Part shown: positions 1-9,109 of the stretch, piece by piece
Layout: the number at the start of each line of letters is the position of its first letter
How positions within the stretch are numbered: position 1 is the first letter of the stretch
Assembly (NCBI GenBank): GCA_016937995.1
Contig: JAFGVM010000029.1
Span: 1 to 52,859, forward strand
From: Candidatus Delongbacteria bacterium
GTDB lineage: Bacteria; UBA4055
Direction of reading: 5' to 3'
Length of the DNA stretch: 52,859 nucleotides
Notes under the pieces: model-generated
What the model was told of the DNA's origin: nothing
The model's input: the letters and a program-made list of their open reading frames with translations, nothing else
Database searches by the model: none
Translations under genes and position numbers: made by a program

Positions 1-24
1 ACCCACAACCCACAACCCACAACT
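1..24 (+). repeat. Heptamer tandem array (ACCCACA)n, truncated by window start
   Basis: acccacaacccacaacccacaact; same unit as 17614-17650. Confidence 0.9.
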
Positions 25-44
25 ATCTTTTCAAAAATTCTCTC

Positions 45-73
45 TTGCACAAATCATATATCAAATATATATT
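45..73 (+). promoter_or_regulatory. Putative sigma70-type promoter
   Basis: TTGCAC-17 nt-TATATT upstream of the 172 ORF, which has an AGGAG RBS. Confidence 0.5.
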
Positions 74-171
74 CTCTATAGATAGCGAAAATGTGCATTA
101 AAAAATTGAAAAGTTGTTGAACTATACTATTCAATTCGAAATTAGAAAAATATTGAAATTTAGGAGTTCTT

Positions 172-1044
172 ATGAAAAAGTTAGTATTGTTGGCATTAAC
201 TGTATTTGTAATGACAATGTTTTCTCAAATACCTGAAATGATTCTTGTTAAAGGTGGGTCATTCAAAATGGGAAGTGAAGATGGTAAGAAAAATGAGAAA
301 CCTGTACATACTGTAAAATTGAATGACTTCTACATTAGTAAATATGAAGTCAAAATTTCAGAATTTCTGGATTTCCTAATGGACTATGAAAAAGTGGATT
401 TTAAGAAAACAAAAAGGTATGCAAAATTCAATAAAGATGGTGAACTTACTTTATTGAGATCTAAAGTAGCAGATGATCATCAGTGCGCTATGTATTGGGT
501 GAATTGGTATCTGGCTGTTGATTATTGTAACTGGTTAAGTGAAAAAGCCGGATTTGAGCAGTGTTATACGGTCGATGGAAAAGATATAGATTGTGATTTT
601 ACAGCTGATGGTTTTAGACTGTTGACAGAAGCTGAATGGGAGTATGCTACCAGAGGGGGAATTTCAAGCAAAGGATATATGTATAGCGGTAGTAATGATC
701 ATGATAAAGTTGCCTGGACTAAAGAGAACACTAAAAAAATACAGGTTGTTGGTTTGAAAGCACCTAATGAACTTGGTATTTATGATATGAGTGGTAATGT
801 CAGTGAAATGTGCTGGGATTCATTCGATAGTGATTATTACAAGGACAGTGTTTCTGAAAACCCTACCGGTCCAAAAAGAAAGAGCAATAAGGTCATTCGC
901 GGTGGCAGTTGGAAGGATAAAGCTAAATTTGCTACAAATACTTCCCGAAAATATAATGCTGTTTTTGATAAGGATAAGGATCTTGGTATAAGGATAGGGA
1001 GATCTGTTAAGGCAGAGGTGAAGGAAGAAGTGAAAACATGGTAG
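172..1044 (+). CDS. Secreted formylglycine-generating-enzyme (FGE-sulfatase/SUMF1) domain protein
   Basis: N-terminal signal peptide; motifs GGSFKMG, EKPVHTV, RLLTEAEWEY, PNELGIYDMSGNVSE, VIRGGSW. Confidence 0.85.
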   Translation: MKKLVLLALTVFVMTMFSQIPEMILVKGGSFKMGSEDGKKNEKPVHTVKLNDFYISKYEVKISEFLDFLMDYEKVDFKKTKRYAKFNKDGELTLLRSKVADDHQCAMYWVNWYLAVDYCNWLSEKAGFEQCYTVDGKDIDCDFTADGFRLLTEAEWEYATRGGISSKGYMYSGSNDHDKVAWTKENTKKIQVVGLKAPNELGIYDMSGNVSEMCWDSFDSDYYKDSVSENPTGPKRKSNKVIRGGSWKDKAKFATNTSRKYNAVFDKDKDLGIRIGRSVKAEVKEEVKTW

Positions 1045-1061
1045 TGAATGGGATTAGGCAC

Positions 1062-1269
1062 ATGAAAGATAAAATACCCGACACTTTGGTTCACTATTAT
1101 ACCAATGAAGAACACCTTTTTAGATCAGTCACTTCTTGTAATGAGGATAGACTTGATGCGATCCTTGACGAAATTACTGAAATATGAAAAACACGGGTTT
1201 GAGTTTCAGATCTGGGATAGAGCTATAGTTGATGTGATAATTAGAAAGAATAAAGAGATGAAGGGGTAG
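1062..1269 (+). pseudogene. Possible gene remnant (41-codon ORF plus an out-of-frame C-terminal piece)
   Basis: ATG1062 MKDKIPDTLVHYYTNEEHLF...TGA1187; a second frame reads LLKYEKHGFEFQIWDR...TAG1269, ending just before mcrB. Confidence 0.25.
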
Positions 1270-1278
1270 GAAAGTATT

Positions 1279-4200
1279 ATGGAAACTAATAAAAAAGAGT
1301 TGATTTTAGATCTAATTGAAAAGTACAAGATCATCCTTAGTAATGAAGGGCTTGAGGGTGAGGTTTATAAATGGGAGCTAGTAGATCAATTCCAGGGTAA
1401 ACCTGATTTATTAGCAAATGATTTTTTAAAAGAAATTAAAAATCTAAATTTTGAGAATCTAGTATATAGATTGTCTAAGGGCTGTTTAAATGAAATGGCC
1501 GAAAATTATTCTTTAGAGTTAAAAAAACTCTTTATATACCTGTTTGATGAAGATATTGACTTGTTTGAAAGAATTGAAAAATTTACGAAAGATACGCAGG
1601 CAATATATGATCGTTATAAACCAGGTAAGAGTTCATTTCAAACAGAAAGGGAGATAGCAACTTATTTAACTTATAAATATCCAGATAAATATGTGTTTTA
1701 TAAAAGTGAAATTTACGAAAAATATTGCAAATATTTGGGTTTAAGTAAGAAGGGGAAAAATCACAAATATATACATTATTTAGAATTAATAAATGAATTG
1801 TCAAAATATGTTAGATCGGATGAAGAGCTAGTAACTAGCGTGCAAAAGCTGCTACCAGCAAATGCTTATGAAGATGAAAATTGCTTGTTACTTTCACAGG
1901 ATATTATATTCAGATCATTTCACGGTGATACAGCCAATTATTGGATTTTTCAGGCGAATCCAAAAGTTTATAAAGTTATTGAAGCGTTAAATGACAATGC
2001 TGTTTCAACATGGTCTGTAAAAGCTCATAAGGATAAAATTCAAAAAGGTGATAAAGGCATCCTTTGGATCACAGGATCTAATCCGGGTTGTTATGGTATT
2101 TTTGAGGTTACTTCAAATGTATATGATGATTATGATGATCAAGATCAAGAAAAGTATTACATTGAAGATGGAGTTAATGTAAAAGCTACACGAGTAAGAT
2201 TTAAGATTACTCATAATTTATCTGGGAATCCAATTATAAAAGAGCAAATTTCTGAATATCCTGAGTTAAATGATTTAAAAATTGGCAATCAGGGTACTAA
2301 TTTTTCTGCAACTAAGATTGAATTTGATACAATTAAAAAAATAGCTGAGAAAAATATGAAAATTAAATATTGGTTATATTCACCAGGTGAAAATGCAAAG
2401 TATTGGGATGAATTTTATAGTCAAGGTATAATTGGCTTAGGTTCCGAACCAGTCGGTGATGTTACGCAATTTAAGACTAAGAAAGAATTAACTATAAGAT
2501 TACAGGAACTAGAAAATACTACCAGTTCCAAAAAGAATGATTCAACTGCCAATTGGGATTTTTATAAAAATATGAATGTCGGTGATGTAGTTATTGTAAA
2601 ACAAGGTAGGAGTAAATTGTTAGGATACGGTATCATAACATCTGATTATTATTTTGATGAATCAAGAGATTATTACAAAAAATGCCGAAAAATTGAATGG
2701 AAGAAAAGAGGGATGTGGGATGCAGGGCATTCACTTGCATTAAAAGCTTTAACCGATATAACAAAATATGCAACTGAACATGAAGGATATAACACGTATT
2801 ACGAAAGATTATTAGGCACAATGGGAGATGTGATGAATATTTTAGAAGAATTTGCAGAATGGTTGATAAATAATCCAAAATCAAATTACTTAGATAATAA
2901 TAAGCAAAGGATAATATCTGCTTTAAATGCTTATAATGATTACTTCGAAATCGATATTTACCAATGTGGATATGAAAATTATAGATCAATTTACGATTAT
3001 CTAAATAAAAAATTATATGAAGAAACTGATAACGAATTTTTAAAAGCAAGTGAAAAGGATAGTTCTCACAGACCAAGAGCAATTCTTGGAAAAACAAATT
3101 ATATGAAATTCATTATGGAGAAGTTTCAAGATGGGAAGATTGAAGAAGTACCTTCAGAGATTAATTACCCTCTAAATACTATTTTATATGGACCTCCAGG
3201 AACTGGTAAAACTTATCATACGATCAATAAAACTCTTGAGATAATACTGAATAAAAAAATACCAGATTCATACTATTCAATAAATGATAGTAAAATAAAA
3301 GAGATTGAGATCGCCAACATTTGTAAAACGAATATTGAGGAATTGGTTTTTAAGGATATTAAGGAAAACGAACACAGAGAAATTCTAAAAGCTGCTTTTG
3401 ATCATTTTGTTAATAAAAAACAGATAGTTTTTACAACTTTTCATCAAAGTTATAGCTATGAAGAATTTGTCGAAGGGATAAAAGCAATACCACCTGGAGA
3501 AGAAGGTAATATTGAGGGTAAAGAAATGATTTACACTACTTTGCCTGGTCTTTTCAAAAAGATAAGCAAGAAAGCTGAAGAAAATTATAAACTGTCAAAA
3601 AAAGAAGTTATAAAATTAGATTTTGATAATGTCTTTAATAAATTGTTCAATGAAATCGATTTTGAAAAGGAAACAAAATTAAAGGTCAATACAAAGAATA
3701 GCTATTTTCTTATAAAAGAAGTTACAGGAAGAGGTACAATTCGTTTTGATAAGAAATCTGGTACGAGTAATCACACATTATCTAAAAAAACTTTACAAAA
3801 GATGTATGAGCAAGGAGAAAATAATATTATAACCGGTGGTCTCCAAGTTTATTATGAGTCAATTCTAGAAAAACTTCTTGATTTATCTAAATCACTTCAA
3901 AAGGAACAAAAATATGAACCAATTGAGAATTATGTCCTCATAATAGACGAGATAAACCGTGGTAATATCTCAAAGATATTCGGTGAACTTATTACTCTGA
4001 TCGAAGAATCGAAAAGGCTCGGTAATGAAGAACAATTAAAGGTAAAATTACCTTATTCCGGTGAAGAATTCGGAGTTCCGAAGAATCTTTATATTATAGG
4101 TACAATGAATACGGCTGACAGGTCGATCGCTCTGATGGATACTGCTTTGAGGAGAAGATTTCAGTTTGAGGAAATGATGCCTAAACCTGAATTGATACCT

Positions 4201-4734
4201 AAAACTATTACGGTTAAAGAGAAAGATGTCGAGCTTGAAATAAAACTTCAGGAAATGTTGATTAAGGTCAATGAACGGATTGAATATCTTTACGATAGGG
4301 ATCATACGATCGGGCACAGTGAATTTATGGATGTAGAAATAAAAGATGATTTAGATAGAGTTTTTAAAAACAAAGTTATTCCATTGCTTCAGGAATATTT
4401 TTATGATGATTGGGAGAAAATACAGATAGTGCTTGGTGATCATTATAGGCAATTTGTGAATTATACGGGGTTATTTACTGACAAGAAAAAGGAAGATGTT
4501 CTTTTGAAAGCTGAAGAAGATGAAATTTTCAGAAATGAAACTTTCAATGATAGCTTGAAAAATGAATTTAGATTTGTTCAAAGTAAGAAGTCAAAAGAAA
4601 TCAAAGTGATTGGATTTGATCATGATGATATTGAGAATGATAAGACCGAATATAAGATTAATGATAACTTTGAAACTAAGTGTTATAAGAAGATCTATGA
4701 AGTGAAGAAAGAAGATAAGAAAGAAGGCGAATAA
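1279..4734 (+). CDS. mcrB: McrB-family AAA+ GTPase with EVE/PUA-like N-terminal domains (type IV restriction)
   Basis: GPPGTGKT, FTTFHQSYSYEEFVEG, LIIDEINRGN, GTMNTADRS, ALRRRF; EVE-like NYWIFQANP...IQKGD; mcrC downstream. Confidence 0.92.
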   Translation: METNKKELILDLIEKYKIILSNEGLEGEVYKWELVDQFQGKPDLLANDFLKEIKNLNFENLVYRLSKGCLNEMAENYSLELKKLFIYLFDEDIDLFERIEKFTKDTQAIYDRYKPGKSSFQTEREIATYLTYKYPDKYVFYKSEIYEKYCKYLGLSKKGKNHKYIHYLELINELSKYVRSDEELVTSVQKLLPANAYEDENCLLLSQDIIFRSFHGDTANYWIFQANPKVYKVIEALNDNAVSTWSVKAHKDKIQKGDKGILWITGSNPGCYGIFEVTSNVYDDYDDQDQEKYYIEDGVNVKATRVRFKITHNLSGNPIIKEQISEYPELNDLKIGNQGTNFSATKIEFDTIKKIAEKNMKIKYWLYSPGENAKYWDEFYSQGIIGLGSEPVGDVTQFKTKKELTIRLQELENTTSSKKNDSTANWDFYKNMNVGDVVIVKQGRSKLLGYGIITSDYYFDESRDYYKKCRKIEWKKRGMWDAGHSLALKALTDITKYATEHEGYNTYYERLLGTMGDVMNILEEFAEWLINNPKSNYLDNNKQRIISALNAYNDYFEIDIYQCGYENYRSIYDYLNKKLYEETDNEFLKASEKDSSHRPRAILGKTNYMKFIMEKFQDGKIEEVPSEINYPLNTILYGPPGTGKTYHTINKTLEIILNKKIPDSYYSINDSKIKEIEIANICKTNIEELVFKDIKENEHREILKAAFDHFVNKKQIVFTTFHQSYSYEEFVEGIKAIPPGEEGNIEGKEMIYTTLPGLFKKISKKAEENYKLSKKEVIKLDFDNVFNKLFNEIDFEKETKLKVNTKNSYFLIKEVTGRGTIRFDKKSGTSNHTLSKKTLQKMYEQGENNIITGGLQVYYESILEKLLDLSKSLQKEQKYEPIENYVLIIDEINRGNISKIFGELITLIEESKRLGNEEQLKVKLPYSGEEFGVPKNLYIIGTMNTADRSIALMDTALRRRFQFEEMMPKPELIPKTITVKEKDVELEIKLQEMLIKVNERIEYLYDRDHTIGHSEFMDVEIKDDLDRVFKNKVIPLLQEYFYDDWEKIQIVLGDHYRQFVNYTGLFTDKKKEDVLLKAEEDEIFRNETFNDSLKNEFRFVQSKKSKEIKVIGFDHDDIENDKTEYKINDNFETKCYKKIYEVKKEDKKEGE

Positions 4735-5762
4735 TGACGGATAAAAAATTACAGATAAGAAATAGTACTGCAGAATTTTTGATATTTACAAAGCAGGCAG
4801 GTGAAGATACGATTGAAGTGAGAGTTCAGGATGAAAATGTCTGGCTTACTCAGAAGTTAATTGCTAAACTGTTTGATGTTAAGGTGCCTACAATTAACGA
4901 ACATATTAAAAATATATTTTTAATGAATGAGTTAGATGAAAAATCAGTTGTTAGGAATTTCCTAATAACTGCATCAGACGGCAAGAATTATAAGACAAAA
5001 CATTATAATCTGGAAGTAATAATATCTCTTGGATACAGAATAAACTCACAAGAAGCTGTCAATTTCAGGCAATGGGCAACCAAGGTTCTTAAAGACTTTG
5101 CTGTTAAAGGTTATGTCCTGGACAATGAAAGATTGAAAAACGGGGCATTTCTAAGTCCTCAATATTTCAAAGACCTTATACTTGAGATTAGGGATATAAG
5201 GGAGAGTGAAAGGAATTTTTATCAGCAGATAACGGATATTTATTCTACTGCAATGGACTATGATGTCAATTCAATGACGACCAAAGACTTTTTCGCTTCA
5301 GTTCAAAATAAACTACATTATTCTGTACACGGTAATACAGCTGCTGAGCTTATAATTAAAAGAGCTGATTCAAAAAAAGATCACATGGGACTTTCAACAT
5401 GGAAAAAAGCACCTGACGGAAAGATCATAAAATCTGATGTATCCATTGCTAAGAATTATCTTAAGAAAGATGAGATCAATGCTTTGAACAGGATAGTTAC
5501 TATGTATCTTGATTATGCTGAAGATCAGGCTGAGAACGGAATACCCATGACAATGAAAGACTGGGCGGAAAAGCTGAATGCATTTTTAAAATTTAATCAA
5601 AAAGATATACTGGAAGATTTTGGAAAGGTAAGCGCGGAAGTAGCAAAATCCTTTGCTGAAAGTGAATTTGATAAATATAAGGTTATTCAGGACAGAAATT
5701 ATATATCAGATTTTGACAGGCTGATCCAGGATACAAATACATTTCAGAATAAAGAAAAATAA
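4734..5762 (+). CDS. rhuM: RhuM-family (virulence RhuM / DNA-binding) protein
   Basis: VWLTQKLIAKLF, YNLEVIISLGYRINS, FRQWAT, IRDIRESERNFYQQITDIY, VQNKLHY; TAATG overlap with the mcrB stop. Confidence 0.85.
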   Translation: MTDKKLQIRNSTAEFLIFTKQAGEDTIEVRVQDENVWLTQKLIAKLFDVKVPTINEHIKNIFLMNELDEKSVVRNFLITASDGKNYKTKHYNLEVIISLGYRINSQEAVNFRQWATKVLKDFAVKGYVLDNERLKNGAFLSPQYFKDLILEIRDIRESERNFYQQITDIYSTAMDYDVNSMTTKDFFASVQNKLHYSVHGNTAAELIIKRADSKKDHMGLSTWKKAPDGKIIKSDVSIAKNYLKKDEINALNRIVTMYLDYAEDQAENGIPMTMKDWAEKLNAFLKFNQKDILEDFGKVSAEVAKSFAESEFDKYKVIQDRNYISDFDRLIQDTNTFQNKEK

Positions 5763-5787
5763 TGTTAGGTACGAGCTAAAATAATCT

Positions 5788-7128
5788 ATGAGAAAACATT
5801 TCACATTAAACGAGCATAAATTCCTTTTTGTTGAGAATGAGAAAAGTAAACAAGGTTGGAACGATGAAGGCAATGTAGGAATTTCAGAGACTGATTTTTT
5901 GCAGATCAAACAATTTGTTCTACAAAATAACAATGAAGGAATTAATTATCTTTTTCCTACTTCAAAAAAGTCCTATGGCGAAGTACTCAAAGCTCAGCAG
6001 TATGTAGGAGTTATTAAAACAAAATGCGGAGTATCTGTAGAGATATTGCCGAAGATCAGTGAAATTGATTATACGAAACGTGAAAAAGATTCAAAAGATG
6101 AAGATAATGTTTACAACAAGCAGGAAAAAGTCCGTAAAACATTCATAAGGATGCTTAAAAGACTTAAGGATTCAAAATATAAACAATTCCAGACAGCTTC
6201 ACTTAATAACTGCAAAATGCCTCTTTTAGAGCTGTTTATCTCAATGTTTTTGGATGAACTGGCAATACTAGTTCGTAAAGGCATAAGATCGGATTATATC
6301 AATAAAGAGGAGAATGCTCCGTTCCTCAAAGGCAAACTCCTGATGAGTAAGCAGATCAAACATAATTATATACACAAAGAAAGATTTTTTATCTCTTTTG
6401 ATGAATACTCTCCAAACAGAATTGAGAACAGACTGATTAAAACTACTCTTTTATTTCTGAATGCAAGAACAGCCTCAAACGCAAATTCAAAGCGGATAAA
6501 AGAGAATCTGTTTATTTTTGATCAGATCGACACTTCAACTAATCCAAAAGCGGATTTTGGTAAGGTTAAAGATAATAGAAATATTAAATATTACGAAAAT
6601 GTAATGAGCTGGTGCAGAATGTTTTTAAACAATGAAAGCATAACTCCTTTCAAAGGTGATACAGTAGCTTTTGCTCTGCTATTTGATATGAATAGAATAT
6701 TTGAAGATTATGTAGCCTGGTGGCTGAAGCGAGAACTGTCTGATAAATATGACACTTTCCAAGCACAGGATAAGGGACATCATCTTATTGAAAGTCATCA
6801 AAAATACAAACTTAAGCCAGATATTGTAATTAATGGAAATATAATACTAGATACAAAATGGAAGTTAATCAAAAATGTTGAGAAAGATATTTCTCAGGCG
6901 GATCTGTATCAGATGTACGCATATGGGAAGAAGTATAAAGATAAAAAACCGAATAAGCTTTTTTTGATTTATCCTAAGAATGATGAAATTGAAGAGAATG
7001 ATAAAAAGATAGAAGAAGTTCATTATTATTACGATAGTGGAGAAATTCTACCACTGGGAGTATTGTTTTTTGATTGTGGTGAGGATGAGTTTATTGGGAG
7101 CAAAGATTTAGAAAATATATTGGGGTAA
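5788..7128 (+). CDS. mcrC: McrC-family restriction endonuclease subunit
   Basis: YVGVI..EILPKI, LFDMNRIFEDYV, LKPDIV..ILDTKWK (PD-(D/E)XK), ADLYQMYAY. Confidence 0.9.
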   Translation: MRKHFTLNEHKFLFVENEKSKQGWNDEGNVGISETDFLQIKQFVLQNNNEGINYLFPTSKKSYGEVLKAQQYVGVIKTKCGVSVEILPKISEIDYTKREKDSKDEDNVYNKQEKVRKTFIRMLKRLKDSKYKQFQTASLNNCKMPLLELFISMFLDELAILVRKGIRSDYINKEENAPFLKGKLLMSKQIKHNYIHKERFFISFDEYSPNRIENRLIKTTLLFLNARTASNANSKRIKENLFIFDQIDTSTNPKADFGKVKDNRNIKYYENVMSWCRMFLNNESITPFKGDTVAFALLFDMNRIFEDYVAWWLKRELSDKYDTFQAQDKGHHLIESHQKYKLKPDIVINGNIILDTKWKLIKNVEKDISQADLYQMYAYGKKYKDKKPNKLFLIYPKNDEIEENDKKIEEVHYYYDSGEILPLGVLFFDCGEDEFIGSKDLENILG

Positions 7129-7321
7129 AATAGTGAGTGAATTAAATAAAACAAAGGAGATTACATACAGATTCAAGAATTATTGAAGAAGTAAGACTGA
7201 TTCAAGAGAAGTTTACAAAAATAAAAGTATGACTGACAGATACTGAATCAATTGCAGATTGATGTAAATATATACCAATATAATACACCAACACAAACGA
7301 CCAATACAATGTGTCAAAATT

Positions 7322-7362
7322 AGATTGCTTCACATCGACGATGTTCGCAATGACAGAAAAAA
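7322..7362 (+). repeat. Dispersed repeat copy 1 (GATTGCTTC...CGCAATGAC-type palindromic-element end)
   Basis: tgttcgcaatgacagaaaaaa (7342-7362) is identical to 9029-9049. Confidence 0.65.
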
Positions 7363-7383
7363 TCCCAAATAAATATCGCAAAG

Positions 7384-7425
7384 GGTCACTATTTGACCTA
7401 GTGCTCTTCGTATCTTGCGTTTAAA
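7384..7425 (+). promoter_or_regulatory. GGTCA-N5-TGACC operator/promoter block upstream of the ORF6N gene
   Basis: ggtcactatttgacct also occurs at 17562-17577 (minus strand) at a similar distance from a start codon. Confidence 0.55.
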
Positions 7426-7448
7426 TAAAAAATTACGCAGGAGAAGAT

Positions 7449-8372
7449 ATGCAAAAAAATGAAATTGAAAAATTCAACGAACTGGATATAAAGGATAAAA
7501 TTTATTCTATTCGTGGGTATCAGGTAATGTTGGATAGTAATCTGGCTGAACTGTATGAAGTAGAAACAAGGATACTTAATCAAGCAGTTAAAAGAAATAA
7601 AGGAAGATTTCCGCTAGAATTCTGCTTTCAATTAAATAGTCGGGAGATAAAGAGTTTGAGATCACAAATTGTGATCTCAAACAAAGCTAAAAGTTCATTG
7701 CGGTCGCAATTTGCGACCGCAAAGAAAGGTGGTGCACGATATTTACCTTATGCTTTTACTGAGCAAGGAGTTGCTATGCTATCTGCTGTCTTGCGAAGTG
7801 ATACAGCAATTGAAATAAGTGTAAAAATCATGAGTGCTTTTGTTGAAATGCGAAAGTTTATTAATTCGAATGCTCAAATATTCCAAAGATTAGACAGAGT
7901 TGAATTAAAACAGATAGAAACTGATAGCAGAATTGATAGGGTATTTTCTGCTTTAGAAAATGAAGACAATATCCCCAAACAGAGAATATTCTTCGACGGT
8001 CAAATATTCGATGCACATAAATTCGTATCTGATCTGTTCTCGAATGTAAAAAAATCGATAGTGATCATAGATAATTACATTGATGTAACTGTTCTTTCAT
8101 ATTTGTCCCAACTTCAAAAGAACACCAAAGTAAAAATCATCACAAAATCGATTTCAGAATCTATGAAATTTGATATTGAAAAATTTGAAAAACAATATTT
8201 CCCGATTGAAATTAAAATATTTAAGCAATCACACGATAGATTTGTTATAATTGATAATAAAGATGTTTATCACATAGGAGCATCGTTAAAGGATCTTGGC
8301 AAGAAGTGGTTTGCATTTACAAAGATGGAAAAAGTAGCATTAGATATTCTTAATAAAATTGAGGAGATATAA
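7449..8372 (+). CDS. ORF6N-domain DNA-binding protein with C-terminal PLD-like domain
   Basis: IRGYQVMLDSNLAELYEVET..LNQAVKRN..RFP, PYAFTEQGVAMLS; C-terminal IIDNY and HDRFVIID...HIGASLKDLG. Confidence 0.85.
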   Translation: MQKNEIEKFNELDIKDKIYSIRGYQVMLDSNLAELYEVETRILNQAVKRNKGRFPLEFCFQLNSREIKSLRSQIVISNKAKSSLRSQFATAKKGGARYLPYAFTEQGVAMLSAVLRSDTAIEISVKIMSAFVEMRKFINSNAQIFQRLDRVELKQIETDSRIDRVFSALENEDNIPKQRIFFDGQIFDAHKFVSDLFSNVKKSIVIIDNYIDVTVLSYLSQLQKNTKVKIITKSISESMKFDIEKFEKQYFPIEIKIFKQSHDRFVIIDNKDVYHIGASLKDLGKKWFAFTKMEKVALDILNKIEEI

Positions 8373-8373
8373 A

Positions 8374-8859
8374 ATGCCCATCACCCAAACCCTAATATCC
8401 CTTATCGAATCTCCTGATTACAAACTGATCTTCAGATATAAAACAGGCGAATCTTTCTTTGGTCCTGACACTAGAGACTACAACTTCGAACTCTACAGAT
8501 GCATAAAGGATCATTCAAAGCTGATATTCAAAGAATGGGAACCACTCTCAAATGATAATATCGAAGAAGATCCTGAATTCAAAATGGGTAAGGTTGAACG
8601 ATATACTCCAAAGATCATGGAACTCATAAAAGAATTCCCACCTCCTGAAGATTTGAAGAAGTATGATGTTTGCGATGGGTCAATGTCAGAACTGATGATC
8701 CATGTAGGAAAGAAGAAGATAAAATATGACTGGATGATGCTGGATGAGAGTCAGGAAAGGTTTGAGAAGAGAATACGGCAGATAGGGTATATTGCGAAGA
8801 ATGAATATCCAATGTCCAACACGGAATGTCCAATGACCAAGGGAAAGATTAAAAGATAG
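8374..8859 (+). CDS. Hypothetical protein; the C-terminal tail is encoded by heptamer repeats
   Basis: ATG8374 after a GAGGAG RBS; last codons (NEYPMSNTECPMTK) are aatatcc/aatgtcc/aatgacc repeats. Confidence 0.6.
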   Translation: MPITQTLISLIESPDYKLIFRYKTGESFFGPDTRDYNFELYRCIKDHSKLIFKEWEPLSNDNIEEDPEFKMGKVERYTPKIMELIKEFPPPEDLKKYDVCDGSMSELMIHVGKKKIKYDWMMLDESQERFEKRIRQIGYIAKNEYPMSNTECPMTKGKIKR

Positions 8860-8920
8860 GTATGAGGTATGAGTTGCTCATGGATTCGCGGAGTTTGTTT
8901 TCAATGGAGAATGGAGAATT
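8805..8920 (+). repeat. Short heptamer arrays (AATGTCC-like, AGGTATG, AATGGAG)
   Basis: aatatccaatgtcc..aatgtccaatgacc; aggtatgaggtatgag starting at the stop codon; aatggagaatggagaat. Confidence 0.55.
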
Positions 8921-8966
8921 AAAATCAAAAGATTACCACCCGATAATACACAAGATCACCAAAACC

Positions 8967-8993
8967 CGTAGGGGAAGGCTTCCACGCCTTCCC
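8967..8993 (+). repeat. GTAG-type REP-like palindrome
   Basis: cGTAG-gggaaggc-ttccac-gccttccc. Confidence 0.65.
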
Positions 8994-9008
8994 TGAAGGG
9001 AATAAGAC

Positions 9009-9049
9009 AGATCGCCACACACCTTCGTTGTTCGCAATGACAGAAAAAA
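9009..9049 (+). repeat. Dispersed repeat copy 2 (...CGCAATGAC)
   Basis: 21-bp identity with 7342-7362. Confidence 0.65.
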
Positions 9050-9050
9050 A

Positions 9051-9087
9051 CTTACCACTTGCCACTTACAACTTACAACTATATATT
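9051..9087 (+). promoter_or_regulatory. Heptamer array (TACAACT/TGCCACT family) containing a sigma70-like promoter
   Basis: cttaccacttgccacttacaacttacaact; TTGCCA(9059)-17 nt-TATATT(9082). Confidence 0.6.
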
Positions 9088-9109
9088 CATTTAATAATCG
9101 GAGTACCCT

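Noticed and set aside
7130-7320. Possible small ORF or ncRNA downstream of mcrC
   Set aside because: No convincing reading frame, RBS-start pairing or stable structure could be identified by eye.
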